NCBI GenBank assembly: GCA_964016885.1
Contig: OZ024741.1
Span: 181,784,001 to 181,848,000 of the forward strand
DNA from: Eledone cirrhosa
Lineage: Eukaryota
Reading direction: 5' to 3'
DNA length: 64,000 bases
Part shown: in pieces, positions 45,318 through 59,259 of the stretch
How positions within the stretch are numbered: the first letter of the stretch is position 1
Layout: the number at the start of each line of letters is the position of its first letter
Program-made: the position numbers and the translations under genes
The notes under the pieces: generated by a model
Databases searched by the model: none
What the model saw: only the letters and a program-made list of their open reading frames with translations
Told to the model about the DNA's origin: nothing

Positions 45318-46599
45318 CGTGTGTGTGTAGCGGGGTTGGGGGTTGGGGTGGTATTTGAATGTTAAGTTTACTTCTATTTTGTGGATACGAAATTAGAATT
45401 GAATGTTAAATATCTTATTTACACTTACCAATGGCGATGAATAATTGGTAGAAAGTATGGATCAGCAGGTAAGAAGTTCGCTTGCAACCACATGGTTTCA
45501 GGTTGGGACTGACTCATGCGCATGTATCTTCTACTATAGCCTCGAGTTAATATACGACAAAAATTGTGGATCCGTGTTTCCTGTTTATAGGAAATCAGTC
45601 CACTGAGCATCTAATGCACTTTTAAATACATTTTACCTGAAATAACATCCAGCACATTGCGTGGACTAGAACCCTTAAATTCAAAGAAAATTTCTTTGTT
45701 ATACAAATCCATAGAGGGATGTTATTTTCCACCACTAATGGAAGAGAGACAATAAAATGAAATGTGCGCACTTGCACAAATGCATGCACATATATAACGA
45801 AACCACACAGACTAATCCCGAACACTCACAGTCACATATTCAAAATTCAAAAGTTTTGGCATGTATATTCTTGTATACATTTCTTTGTTTGAATCTTCTA
45901 TTTAATGTAGTTAGAATCGATTTGAAAATGTTCTCCTCGTTATTCTGACACTGATTATATCTACGTTCGATTGATAGCTGCAGGTGATTTACTGAAGAGG
46001 ATAAATATAGTTTTCTATTGTCTATAATCTCAAAAGTTAAACTTTTAGATTTTGTTTCTTTTATAGTGCTAGATATCCTTAAGTATCAGCAAAAGATACT
46101 TGGCTTCAATTCCGATTTTACCTTTATTTTTGTTTTATTCATTCATATATTTATTTGTGATTACTCTATCTATACAATAATCTTTTGGCCTTTGTTGTGT
46201 TTACTTTATATATACAATATATATTTATCATTCCATTCAAGTTTACCCTATCAGCAAAAGAAAGATATTAATATAAAAAAAAAAATTTTTGAGACTAAAG
46301 AAAGTATGAACAGAACAAATTATACAAAGAACACCGCTTTTAATGTCAGAATAACGAAGAAACGATTTAGCTATCGATTCATGAAAACAGTAGCGATGTA
46401 AAAGGAGAGAAATCGAAACAATCGGCATACGAGAATACAAACATATAGGAACTAATGAGAGATCCACTTTTGTGTTGTTCTAACTGACAGAAATAGTAAC
46501 CAAATCTCTCTTCTGATGAGAGACTAAAATATGCTAAATATCCTTGCTTTCGAATATATTTCTGTATAATATGACAATAGGGTCTATAGTATAAGGTCC

Positions 46600-48200
46600 C
46601 ATTTGGCAAATGAAAAGTTCCCTGAACTGGAAATAGAGCACATAAATTGTGAAATTCTACGAGTGAGTTAAACAAGGAGAGTTGAGCATGTACCACCTCC
46701 TAGAGAAATAAAAGCAACTACAAAAAGCAAAACGGTTTCTCATAAATCAAGATATAGCACCAAATGTGATTTGTCTAAATTATACATAACCTGGAGTCAA
46801 ACAAGTGCTTAAAAGCTATGAAAAATCCAAAAGATGCGATTCTTATAATATAGATATATCCAAAAATATCTAGTTATCCATTTGTAGAAGCTGATGCTAT
46901 ATTTGCAAAAAAAGATGAGCCCTTGAATCAGACAAGAATACAATACACAATGATTGTGGGCGATACTAACGCTAAGTTCGGATCAAAGACACATAGCTTT
47001 TAAAAATCAAAAGGGAATTTTGGAAATACGTGCGAGGAATGCCTAAAGTTTTAGAAAGTAAGAACTTAAACCATTATGACTGTATTCTTTAGAAAGACAT
47101 TGGAAGTAAGGTTCGACGTAGAAGAATCCAGAGGATGAGACAAAAGATGAAAAACTGACAAAAAGGCAGAGCATAGTGAAATATTAGCAGACGTTATATC
47201 GTCTGGTACAGGTTACATATTTAATTAACACGAGACAATAAAAAGATAAAACAGACAGGAGTGAGAGGCCACAAATAAATGTACAAGTCTTTTAAATAAA
47301 TGTAAAACAGAAATATGAATATGAATAAAATATATGGATATCAAAGTACAATATGACTATCACAGAGAAATATAAAATATGTTTTCAGTTAAAAGATGAA
47401 CTACAAAACCGAAACTTAGATTATCACAGACACTGTATTCAACGTTGCAAGAAGAAAGACAGAAAGAGATACACTATCGAAATAATGATATCGTGGTAAA
47501 CAGTGAAATGAAGAAAGAAGACAGTATTCTGAAGGTGGAATCTGTAGAAACTAAGGTCATTAAGGAAAGGATGAAATTGGAAGTTTGGAAATTTAATATG
47601 TATAACATTGCACAATCGATACAACCAAATAAAGCTTTAAAAGAGCTAAATTATTTAAGGAAATCACAAATTATTGCTCCGAAGTAGTCAGTAGTGATAA
47701 ATGATAAAGAAGCGATTATTTATAGAGTTGAAGAATTATATCAAGATGTTTACTCATGGACATTAAATAGTTACCGAAATTAAAGTATTTGATGGAGATG
47801 AAGTATTAGGGATATTAGGAAGGCATCGAAGGAATTGAAAATGGGAAAGGCACCAGGTGAAAGTAATTGACAGATCTCAAAACATCAAATCAAATATAAT
47901 CCCTATCTACTGAACACATTGCTATCCTCGGATGGTTATATAAGAGATATAGCAGAGAAAATACATGTGTGCAGAGAATGTGGCACGAACAAATGACAAC
48001 AGGTGGAGAAATAAGTAGATCGAATGGAGACGTAGGGAAACGTGTGCATAGTCGTAGAAGATAGAATACACGATGGATAGATGAGATAAACTAATTTATG
48101 GGTGAAGGAGGCACAAAGTAAGACCTAATATCCCCAGCTTTGTGTAGGAAAATAATGGATGAGAATTGTGATAATAATGATGATGATGATGATGATGATG
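46600..48200 (+). mobile_element. Heavily decayed RTE-like LINE with (GAT)n tail
   Basis: Scattered motifs VGDTNAKFG (~46955), KMGKAPG (~47838) and RWIDEI (~48071), with (GAT)n at ~48170-48200. Confidence 0.55.
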
Positions 48201-49554
48201 GATCCCCAACTACATCATTACTGTACAGTCTGCCGATTCTACACCTACGCTATATAATATTTATTTTGACAGGCATTTCATTTTATCCTATAGGCCTCTG
48301 ATCAAGCTTCATCAATTGCCTACGATTTGTGCTGTATGTGGTATGCGGTGTTTATACATTTTAAACTTTTGTTAAAGATTTATAATCCTATGTTACCCAC
48401 ACAACTATGGTTAGTCTTAACAGAATTGTTGTTAAATAATTTATATTTATGTGGATTACGGAGAGTTCGTACTGGTCAGAGTAAGGAAAGTTCTAGCAAA
48501 ATATTTAGATGCCTTTAAACTATGGGGAGTATTACACGTGTTAATATATCGGTGTTTACATTTGGTATGGGTTATTCTATGTATTTGAGCTTCATATTAA
48601 AAACACTTCTAACTAAATCTCTGTTATCATGTGTCACAGCAATGTTAAATATTTGTCTATAAAAAACGAAAAAAAAACATTTGGTATACGTCTGCCGCTA
48701 CCGCTTGTAATACACCAGAGTGTATTGGGATGGTATTGGAACTCCTATTTATCTTTATTGTTTTCCTTCGTTGGCTTTACGGTAGACGAAATGTTCAATT
48801 TTGTTCCAATTTTTGTTGTCTAGAAAATTTATTATCACTAGTGTTTTTCTGATTTTGTATATACCATGTCAAGCCAAAGAATTGGCAAAGTCTTTAGATG
48901 GTCGGATAGAATGATTTGGGGTATTCGCTCCCGGTATCTGCGCTCTGAGCTTAAAACCCGCTGAGGTCAACTTTGCCGTTCTTCCTTCCGATTTCGATAA
49001 AAAAAAGTACCCGTGGTGTGAATTCTTCCTCTATATCTCTTTCACACTTCTTCTCTATCACTTCATCTCTAATTCTCTCAAAGAAATCGGTGAGATGGAC
49101 TCAAGCAGGTCGTAAACATTACTCACACATTATGTATGCCTCTACGGCGCCCCTACAATTTTATAAGGTCCATACATGCATGTGGTATGTCAATTTATGT
49201 TATGAGATGTGGCAAGTTTCTCTTTTCTGTAACATCCTTTGCCAATGGGACCTATACAAATTTCCAGCTTCAAATATATTCTTATACTAGTTGGTTTTCA
49301 CTGCATCTAGCTGAACCTATATCCGATATATAGGATGTTAAGAAATTCAAGTTGAAATTTAGGATAAACGGTGACATCAACTAACAAGTGAAGAAGAGCT
49401 CAACACCTTATTATCTTCCTTGACGAAAGATGTGCTCCATTTTAGGTTGCCTGTGTTAATCAGTAAAATTGTGAGATCCATGCACCCTCTTGGATTAATA
49501 ATTTTGTTTTTATTATGGACTAGTTTGTCCGTCTGTCAGATCGTGCAATTATGA

Positions 49555-49978
49555 AGCGTAAAGTAATAATTGTTTCTACTTTAGGCACAAGGCCAGCAAT
49601 TACCCAGTACATTACTGGTACTTTATTTTATCGACCCTGTCAGGATGAAAGACAAAGTTAACCTCAGCGGGATTTGAACTCAGACCGTAAAGGGACGTAA
49701 CTATGCTAGAAAACATGGCGTCCAACCCTCTACCGATACTGCCAATTCACCACCCCTTAGCGTAAAGTAATAATTGTTTCTACTTTTTGGCACAAGGCCA
49801 GCAATTATCCAGTGTATTACTGGTACTTTATTTTATCGACCCCGTAAGGATGAAAGGCAAAGTCAACCTCGGCGGGATTTGAACTCAGATCGTAAAGGGA
49901 CGTAACTATGCTGGAAAGCATGGTTTCCGACCCTCTACCGATACTGCCAATCCACCGATATTAGCGTAAAGTAATAAT
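49555..49978 (-). mobile_element. Tandem pair of family-A SINEs with three copies of a 16-bp target sequence
   Basis: AGCGTAAAGTAATAAT at 49555, 49759 and 49963. Confidence 0.92.
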
Positions 49979-49979
49979 A

Positions 49980-52240
49980 AAAGGTAAAAGCCGAATAAAT
50001 ACTATTTCACAAGTGGTAACACAACAGTTAGTTCACCATACCGAGAACAATTATTTCGCCTTAGTGGATCTTCAGCTCATAATGGACATGGTTATACGGA
50101 ACAGGAAGGACAACCATTAGAACGCACATGCGTAGAAAAGGTCACTTCACCCAGTCAATACAAAACTGCACGCGAGAGGTGTCTCTGTGAAAGTCCGAAA
50201 GGTTCTAGTTGATAAGAAAATTAGGATGTTGCTGTTATTCAATCCTGAGCTTTGTAGTTATGTAAGAGGAGTTTTCAGACATGTGAGTTTAGGCAATCGG
50301 TATTGCGTAATCTCTTTAGAATATTTATCCGTTCATCAATACATAGTCCACAAGACGGATTGCCCCTTGCGTATGGCTTGGACTTAGTGATGGCTTTCCA
50401 TTGAATGGAGTAGTCTATACTTGAGTGCTTGAGGGACCATACGTGGCTCGCGAGTTCCGTGGACGATCGTTTATCCGGGTATCTAAAGGTCGACTGGTGG
50501 TTCAGGAAACGATTTTTAAATCGGCCCTCCGCCATACCCACATAGTATTTGACCTCCTGTGGTTGATTTGGTCGGTTGGAAGTGACCACAGCTTCATAAA
50601 CTACAGCGGGTGTGCTGCATTGCTGTTGAATGGGACAAGCTTCAGGCTTTCGGCAAGAGCACCCCGGTGGGATGTTGCTCTTAGGGCTGTTGGTGATGTG
50701 GGCCTTCATATTCTTAGCGCAGGAGTACTCTAGTTTACTTTGTCTCTTTTAAAGATAGAGCGGTATTTGTGACCTATGGGAAAGTGTTTATCTAAGAGGG
50801 CTAAAAGTTTTTTCCTACATTAGTTTTAACATTGAGTGAGAAAGGAGGCGAGAACCAGATAGTTTGTCTATTTTTACGCTTTCTTTTGTTATTGCTGTTG
50901 TTGTTAGTGGGAGAGTAAGTGATAGGTTGTGAGAAGCCGCTGTTAACTAACGCCGTGTTATAGTAGGGTGCCGCCCTGTCAAAGATAGCCTTATTAGAGG
51001 AGAGGTTAGAGATTCTAGTACTTATATTATTTATGAAGTTTCTAAAATCAGTGGGAGGATGGCATGAGTCCTTGTGAATGTAATTGAGTTTTTTGTTAAG
51101 CTTTTGGAATGGTCTGTAGGTGTGTGTGCGAAGGTCTAAATTAATGTCTAAGAAATCTACACTAGAGAGGTTGGTAGCTACTGTTATCCTAAGTCCTAAC
51201 TAATTGAAGGTAGAAGTTAAATCTTTTTAAACCGGTTGAGGTCGTGACCACTTTTATGACTCGATAAAGTCAGACCATCGTCGCGGTATATTCCCGTGTG
51301 GAAGTCCGGGAATCTAACACGTAATATCTTTAAAATAAATAGGCCAACCAAGTCGCATACGTCAGCACTGTCAAACGATCCCATGGAGACGTCGAATAGT
51401 TCTGAAGTGGTTGACTTCTTTGCCCAGGCTACTCCCTTGTTGAAGAGGGGGTTCCAATAGCGATAATTTACCTGTCTAAAACATGGCCGGTAGTGTAAGT
51501 GGTAGCAAAGTCCAACTCTTTGTTTAACAGGGTCTCTGAGATCGACGGGTAAAAATCTACAATGTCGAATTGCGTGAACCTCGCTTTTTTGGATTTGAAG
51601 GAGTTAAACTACTTAATGACGCAGTCGCTGTTCTCCCACTGGGACAGGTTGGACTTGGTTCTAATGGTCTTAACTATGTTTCTAAGTATGGCTTTACTGA
51701 CTAGTCCCATATCCGTGCGTGCCGGGTTTAGTAGTCTACACGTGGGACTAGAAGTAAAGTCTACCTTGTGATCGTTCAGGGTGAGGAACGCCTCCCTCTT
51801 AGCTAAGCATTGTAGCTTCTTATCTACCTTAAGGGCGGCCGCAAGGTCTTTGGCTTCTGTATTAATGTCGTGGTAGGCCACAGGGTTAGCCTTCTTATAT
51901 TTGCAAGTAATAGCGTTATGGGCCAAGTGGCTGTAACTAGTGTTGTCGATTTCGTAAACATTATTGGTTTTGTCAGAAAGAACGAAAGTGTTATCGGAAG
52001 ACCTAAATTTCTTAATATCATTTCTAAGTTTAGTTTGAAAGGTGTTAGGGTATTTGCGAAAGGAAATGTTAGCGACTAAGTCAAGAAGGTTCGCATCGAA
52101 AGGAACGCGTTCAGTTACCTTAGGAGGGTAGGCTCTCGATTTCAGGTTGAAGGTGTTACTGGTGCCTGTAATTTTGCCGTCAAAGGCTAGGGCTCGTCAT
52201 CTTAAGCGTCTGACGACATCTTCCACTTTTTGTTCAAGAT
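49980..52240 (-). mobile_element. Decayed near full-length Penelope-like element (Hydra-clade-like, different family)
   Basis: SDKTNNVY, LNDHK..CRLLNPAR, QFDIVDFYPSI, FDVSMGSFDSADV, GIYRDDG, FLDINL, WFSPPFS, CSCRKPEACP, VVYEA..YYVGMAE..KNRFLNH, CGLCIDE. Confidence 0.92.
50043..50078 (-). ncRNA. Very short minimal hammerhead at the PLE 3' end
   Basis: Minus strand: GAG-CTGAAGA-TCCACTAAGGC-GAAA-TAATTG-TT-CTC. Confidence 0.65.
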
Positions 52241-53459
52241 AAACAAGACGAACCCCATCGATACAGTAACACTAAGTCTTATTAGTTTCACGCTTGTTGG
52301 AAAAGGTAAATGATTGTTTCAGCGTATCGGATGTTAATCCTTCATCAGTAATAAACAAAGTTCAGAGAAAGAGGAAGTTAGAAGGTGGGAAAAGTAAAGT
52401 TTTATTAGGATGGCAGAAGTGGAAAGGCAATAAGTTCTGCATGTATAGGTGAGGGCTATTATTGGTAATTCCTATGCGCGCGCGCGTGTGTGTGTGTGCG
52501 TGCGTGTGTGTGTGTGTGTGTGTGTGTGCGTGAGTGTGTGTGCGTGCATGTGTGTGAATCTGTGTGCGTGTGTGTAATGAGAAAAGAGAAAAAGATAAAG
52601 AATGGAATTAGTAGAGAGACAAGGAGAGAAAGAGAGATAGAAAGTAAAAAGAAAGAGAGAAAAAAGGAAAAAGGGAGAGTTAATCGAGAAATGCGAGATA
52701 GTTTGTCACGTGATATTATGCAATCCCTGGTTTTACTTGCCTTGAGTTAAATTTTTATTGTTTTGTCTTTTGTTCTATTGCATTGGGAGGTGGAATACTT
52801 CTGTTGACCTATCTACCTAAACTGTTTTACGAGTGGGTGTTGAGATTTTCATTTTTATTTTTCGCATCTTACAAGCAAGCAGCGGATGAATAAAAACGAA
52901 AGAAATAAAAAGGATATATATAATATATGAAAAATATCAATAAATATCTGAAAATTGTCTATGTTATCTTTAAAAATAAAATAAAATGTCGGTGGAAAGT
53001 AGTAGTTGTTTCTGTCGGTACAAATCATTTTGTGGAATGTGTTAGTTCGTATGCCTTGGGGAGATTAGTGTACTGACTTCTCAGTACTGACCCATCCCCC
53101 TCAAGAAACATCAGTAGGCTGTTCTACCCAAGAGCTATACGAACGTATCAACATTTTGTGAACTTTACTATGTTATCTTTCGGCAAGTTTATTCCTCCAT
53201 TCATTACATAAACAATGCAGCATACTATGTTGGAATTGTAAAAATACCTTCTCGTTAAAGGAAATAAAATGTTAAAATTAGACAATAAACAAAATAATTA
53301 AATGATTTATAGCATCATTTTTCTTGGTTGTTGCCCTTTATAGTGTTGTTTGTTCCAAAACCAGGATCAATATTAAACAAGGTAACTCCTGACTACTCGT
53401 AGGAGCAAGGATACAGGTCGGAACACAGCTGATTTTTTCCAGAAAAAGGAGAATTGAGT

Positions 53460-56400
53460 TCAGTACATGACTAGTAATGTATCAATTTCGAATGGATGAA
53501 AGGCAAATTTGACTACGGGAGGTGTTGGACTCAGAGCACAGTAAGTCAGGACAAATGAGGTGATATTTTAATTCGACGCCTTAACGACACTGCCAAATCT
53601 CCGCTTACCAATATTATTTAAACATTTTACAAAACCTTTTTCAACTGTGATCACCATTTCGTCAAAAACAAAATTATCCAATTGACGTGGGCATGGCTGA
53701 ATAGTTAAGAAGTTTGCTTCGCAAACACGAGAATCTGGGTTAACATATTTGTGGAGTACTTATACATTAATTCACGAGTGAGTTACCGTTGAAACCGACG
53801 CAAGAGTCATCATCAACCCCATCCAATAAGTTTTTTAATTATATAAACAGCAGTAGAATGAGATACTTGGAGGTCTAGTTGTTGAAAACGAAAGTGATAT
53901 AAAATCGAAACTTGTAGTATGAGCGGCAAGGGATGGATTGCGGTCTAGACACAAACTTTAAATAAATATTGCAGTTTTAAAATTTATGTTTGTGTACAAC
54001 AGTACAGATAAAAATAAAATCTAATATACGAAAGAAGCTAAAAAGGAGACAAGTGAAGGACAAGTGACATTTTAAGAGATATATAATTTTGTAAAAAGGA
54101 GCAAATTGTCAGAGTGGTTCGAGCGTTGGATTAAAATGCTTTGCGGTATTTGTTCCGATTCTCTGAGGTCTCTGAATTCAAATCACATGAACTCAAGGTT
54201 GCCTTTCATCATTTTGGGATCGATAAATAAAGAACCAGTCCAGCCCTGGATGGTGGATTAGGGGAAATGAAATTTTAGAGCGTTGGATGTGATGTCTTAC
54301 GATATCTCTTTCTTCTGAGTTCGGCATCACTGGTGTCAAACTGTATTGGACTTTGTCTCTCTTTCGGACAGCATCGGTGATGTGGAGAGATGATATCTGT
54401 ATGCATGTAGGACTAATGTCTTTCAGAAAAATCCTAGCCTAGGCTTGCGCTTTGGGGTTAATCTTCCCAAATGCAAACACGTGTTGTAGCAGTGCACATG
54501 AACACACTAAATAAAAATCAGTATGTGATCAGAACTAAGTATATTTTATTGTTTCGCCATTACCGTTGCAATTTTAGATTATAATTATGAAACATTTTGA
54601 AATGTTAGTTAATTGTGAAACAAACAGGTGGAAGTTCATTGTAAGATGCCTGCTTTGATGTGACTTATTTCAACATTGGTAACAATCTATCTGGCAGGCA
54701 TACAGTTTTGTAATTGCTATTTGCTAGTTCCTTTTGGATTTAAATAAAATTATCGTTAGTAATTCTTTAAATTATTTGGCACTTTTCTTTTTTAATTTAT
54801 TTTACGGGTGAACATTTCACAACGTATTTTATTTAATCTAAAATTAATTTCTTTCCGCCTTCAATAATAACATTATCTTGGTAAAGCGTGTTTGTTAAAA
54901 GTTGAGTCGCGCAATGTCAGATATTATTTTTGCTTATATTGGCATTAAACTGCGATTCGGTAGAATCGTTAAAATGTCCGATGGAAAGCTTTACGCTAGT
55001 TGTTCCGACCCTCTGCGCTCTAAAATCAAATCCGGCGAAGTTAACTTTGCCTTTTATCCTTTCGAGTTCGATAAAAGAGTACCCGTCCAGGGATCAAATT
55101 TTTTCTATATCCATTTCTCACCTACTCCCTCTTCTCTCTCTCCTTCTCTAGAAGGAATTGTGTTCAAACCTAGGAGGGGATGGGCTCCACCAGATTTTAA
55201 ACATATCTACGGGGACACCACCAGGAGTCATGGAGGGACATACATATTCGGCGTATATCAATATATCTATTGTCTTGCTCACACTTACTAACGGCTCAAA
55301 TTTACTACTGCTGTTATCGTGTGCTAAGTTCACTACCAGTATAAGTGTAATGACACGTGGCTTAGAAGTTAGCAGTTTTCGGCTCACGATCGTGTGATTG
55401 TAAGTTTGATTCCCTGTGACGTGTTGTGTTTTGTACAAGACAAGTTATTTTATGTCCATTCAGTTTGCACAAATGACCATATTTCCATTATGCCACATTA
55501 AAAGATCTTCCTCTAAAACACGTTAGGGGTACATATGTCTGTGGAAATTTCAATAATAAGTAAGCTGGTCTGTTGAACGAATAACTGGAACCGACGGTCC
55601 AACACGTATACAAGATTGTACATATAATTTTATTGTGACTTTTTTATAACGTTCTCCCTGAGACATTTTTACCTAAATTCAGTATCCTATGACTGATACA
55701 AAACTAATACTATTAGAGAATGGGTTTATTTCACCCAATAAATTACAAATTAGGTTAAACTAGTTCACATGAAATCGGATATAGAGCGGAAGCGGTTTAT
55801 TTTATCTAAGCCTTGGGTTGGCGGAATTGTTAGAAAGCTCAGCTTCCATGTAACGAAATACAAACTTCGATCATTCAAACACATTTCTGTACAAGTTGAT
55901 TTCAAACTGCAAACTGGTTGAACCAACAGATGACTCATGGGTGATACGAGATTCGACACATAAACCAAACTGATATTTCTGTTAAGTGCTGACTATTACT
56001 ATGTAAGGAAAACAAACTTCTGTCGGCATCGACAAAGAGTGTTCCTGTTTGATCAACGGAACAGCCAGCTTGTAAAGTTAACGCTAATGTGGATAAGCAG
56101 TCTCAGAGACGTGTACACTTAATGTCTATCTGAGGAAGATTCAGTGTAATAAAACATCGGTCCTTTGAACAACAGATAACTCACTTTTCCAGTTGAGTGG
56201 CCTGGAGCAAAGTAAAATAAAGTGTCTTGCTGAAAGACACAATGCCTCGCGAAGAATCAAACTCACGACCTTACCATCGCGAGTAAACCATTCTAACCGC
56301 TAAGCTAGGCGCGTTCAATAACTCCTAATACAACGAGCACATCATCCCGCCTTACAAAATCCATAGACCCACGTGCAGGGCGTGACATATGGTGTACCAA

Positions 56401-56575
56401 GAAGCCTGACACAGAAAAATGAGCTGATTTACAATGAAATCAAGAACAGCTGTATCGCAGAGTCGTTAGAACGTTGGATAAAATACTTTGCGATATTTAT
56501 TCCGGCTTTCTATGCTCTGAGTTCAAATCCGGCCGAGATCAAATTTGCTTTTCATTCTTTCAAGGTCGTTAAAAA
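53460..56575. mobile_element. Cluster of old, diverged SINE copies (~53460-53610 -, ~54110-54240 +, ~54950-55090 +, ~56455-56575 +)
   Basis: Degenerate GAGTTCAAATC...TTGCCTTTCATC...TCGATAAA blocks. Confidence 0.65.
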
Positions 56576-57035
56576 AACCCACACTTTACTACATACTGTG
56601 GTCGATTCTACTTCGATATTGTTTGCACTTTTTATTTATCACGCTCTCTCTCTTTCCCCCGTGAGGGAATTGGCTCTACCAGGTTTAAAGCGCCCCAGAA
56701 ACGCATTATGTCACGACGGCACCCCTAAGACTCCATCAGGAGCTACAGGTATATACAACTGTATTTCCTTAAGACAATATATTATCTATTAGCCATTTAC
56801 CCGTGGTTCCAGTGGTATACGATAACCAATGAGGCAATGACACCACGGTAACTTCTCTGATAAAGGCATATCTAATATAATAAAGGGAGGAGTGCGGGAA
56901 TGCGTCCTGAATATATTTGTTTACCCCGTTTGTAAAATAAGTTGGATTACTTTGAATGCATAATGAATGAATATTACATAATTTATGTACAAAATTTCGC
57001 AACTCTTGATTAAATATAAATAATTTTAGATATAA

Positions 57036-57572
57036 CTAGCAGAAGTACCCAGCGTTGTTCGAGTATTACTTAGCAGTTATGTATACCATTTATGTCAATA
57101 CTTCACTGCTGCTTCGAAAACTATACTTTTACAAAATCATCGGCTTTTTTCAAAAGGGGGTTCCTGCCTCCAGGGTCCTCTACTCAATATGTGCCAATTC
57201 TGAGAGTTCACATTCATCTGTAGAACAAACGTAGCCCATGTGGTTTACACACACACACGCGCGCGCGCACACGTGTGTGTGTGTGTGTGTGTGTATATTT
57301 GTGTGAGCGTATGTATATGTATGTGTATGTTCGTCGGCGCATACGTATGTACTGACCTAAATCTTCACTATTTACTTTTACTATGTTAAGGCAAAGTTAA
57401 AATCCCGTCGAGGTTAACTTTGCCTTTCATCCTTACGGGGTCGATAAAATAAAGTACCAGTAATGTACTGGGTATTTGCTGGCCTTGTGCTGAAAGTAGA
57501 AACAACTATTTTAATAACCTGTCATTTTCGTTGACAATTTTATTTACATCATTCTTAAACTCCAGGGCTACA

Positions 57573-57643
<71 letters not shown>

Positions 57644-58277
57644 TTGTGTGTGCGTATGTATATGTATGTGTATGCTCGTCGGCGCATACGTATGCACTGG
57701 CCTAAATCTTCACTATTTAGTTTTACTATGTTAAGGCAAAGTTAAAATCCCCTCGAGGTTAACTTTGCCTTTCATACTTACGGGGTCAATAAAATAAAGT
57801 AGCACCAATGTGCTGGCCTTGTCCCAAAAGTAGAAACAACTATTTTAATAACCTGTCATTTTCGTTTATAATTTTATTTACATCATTCTTAAACTCCGGG
57901 GCTGGAAATCATTCGGTTATTTTAAATAGAACATTAGTCTAACGACTCCATTTACACCATAAACTTGGTCTTGTCTTTACATGAAATTGTTCTCGGTCCA
58001 CCGCGTCGTTTATACATAACATAAATAGATAAGCAAATGATACCATAAAAGGGAAATAACTCGTCTCTCATCTCTATTTATACATTTGAACTGAAAAATC
58101 AATACATTACAAATTCGATTTTTGCACTTGGCATGGGTCGATTTGAAAATTCTTTTGACCGAGATCTCCGGCGGATTTTCATCTATGAGTGTAGCAATTA
58201 CACCGAGGAGGAGATGTGTGCCGAAGGTTTTAGTAGACAGACAGACAGATAGACAACCTCGGTTTTATATATATAGA
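57036..58277 (-). mobile_element. Non-autonomous Helitron, unit 1 (contains a ~350-bp duplication with truncated SINEs)
   Basis: On the minus strand it starts TCTATATATATAAAACCGAGGTTGTCT and ends with a subterminal hairpin + CTAG|T. Confidence 0.8.
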
Positions 58278-58715
58278 CTAGCAGAGGTACCCGGCGTTGC
58301 TCGGGTATTAAATACCAGTTATGTATACCATTTATGTCAATACTTCAGTGCTGCTTGGAAAACTATACTTTTACAAAATCATCGGCTTTTTCCAAAAGGA
58401 GGTTCCTGCCCCCAGGGATCCTCTACTCAATATGTGCCAATTATGAGAGTTCACATTCATCTGTAGAACAAACGTAGCCCATGTGTCAAGTTTTGTGAAA
58501 ATCGGTTGCGAACTCCAGAAGTTATGACGTTTTGTTGCATTGCACTGCAGTTCTTCAGTCGACTCCAAGGAGGTGGTTAAAGGAGGTTATCTGCCGGGAG
58601 GCCCTATAATCAATATCTGGAAAAATGAAAGTATCCCATGATCATCCGAAGTACATAAGTAACCTATGTCTTAAGTTTGGTGAAAATACTGTAGAAATGC
58701 ATAAGGTTTATCCAC
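58278..58715 (-). mobile_element. Non-autonomous Helitron, unit 2 (3' part), head-to-tail with unit 1
   Basis: 58278-58485 repeats 57036-57241. The 3' end reads ACCCGAGCAACGCCGGGTACCTCTGCTAG. The distal boundary is approximate. Confidence 0.8.
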
Positions 58716-59174
58716 CTGAAGGGTGGTTTTCTGCTAGTCTTTCATAATAACCCAATCATGACGTCGGATTGATCGAATATTCGCAAGCATTAATATAAGA
58801 ATTAATGTGATCAGTTAAATAAATATATAATATTACTTTATGTAACGGACTGGATACGTTTCCGCTTGTTCGTAATTTCAATTTAAACAATGTGTATTGA
58901 TCTGCATTTGTTGGATCCCGTCGGTTTCACCGATGAGCATTGGAAAAGCCTAAACGTGAAATTAACCTGTAAATGACTGAGCATTGCATAAACATGTGTA
59001 TCTTTAACGTAATTCTCAGGGAGATCCAGCGTAACGCGCTCTGTAATAAGGCGGCCCTTTAAATTATAGGTCGAACTCACTTTTGCTAGCGGAGTGAACT
59101 GGAGCAACGTGAAATGTATTTATGTATAAGTATATATCCCGGCATTTCTAAACACATGCATATATATATATACA

Positions 59175-59254
<80 letters not shown>

Positions 59255-59259
<5 letters not shown>

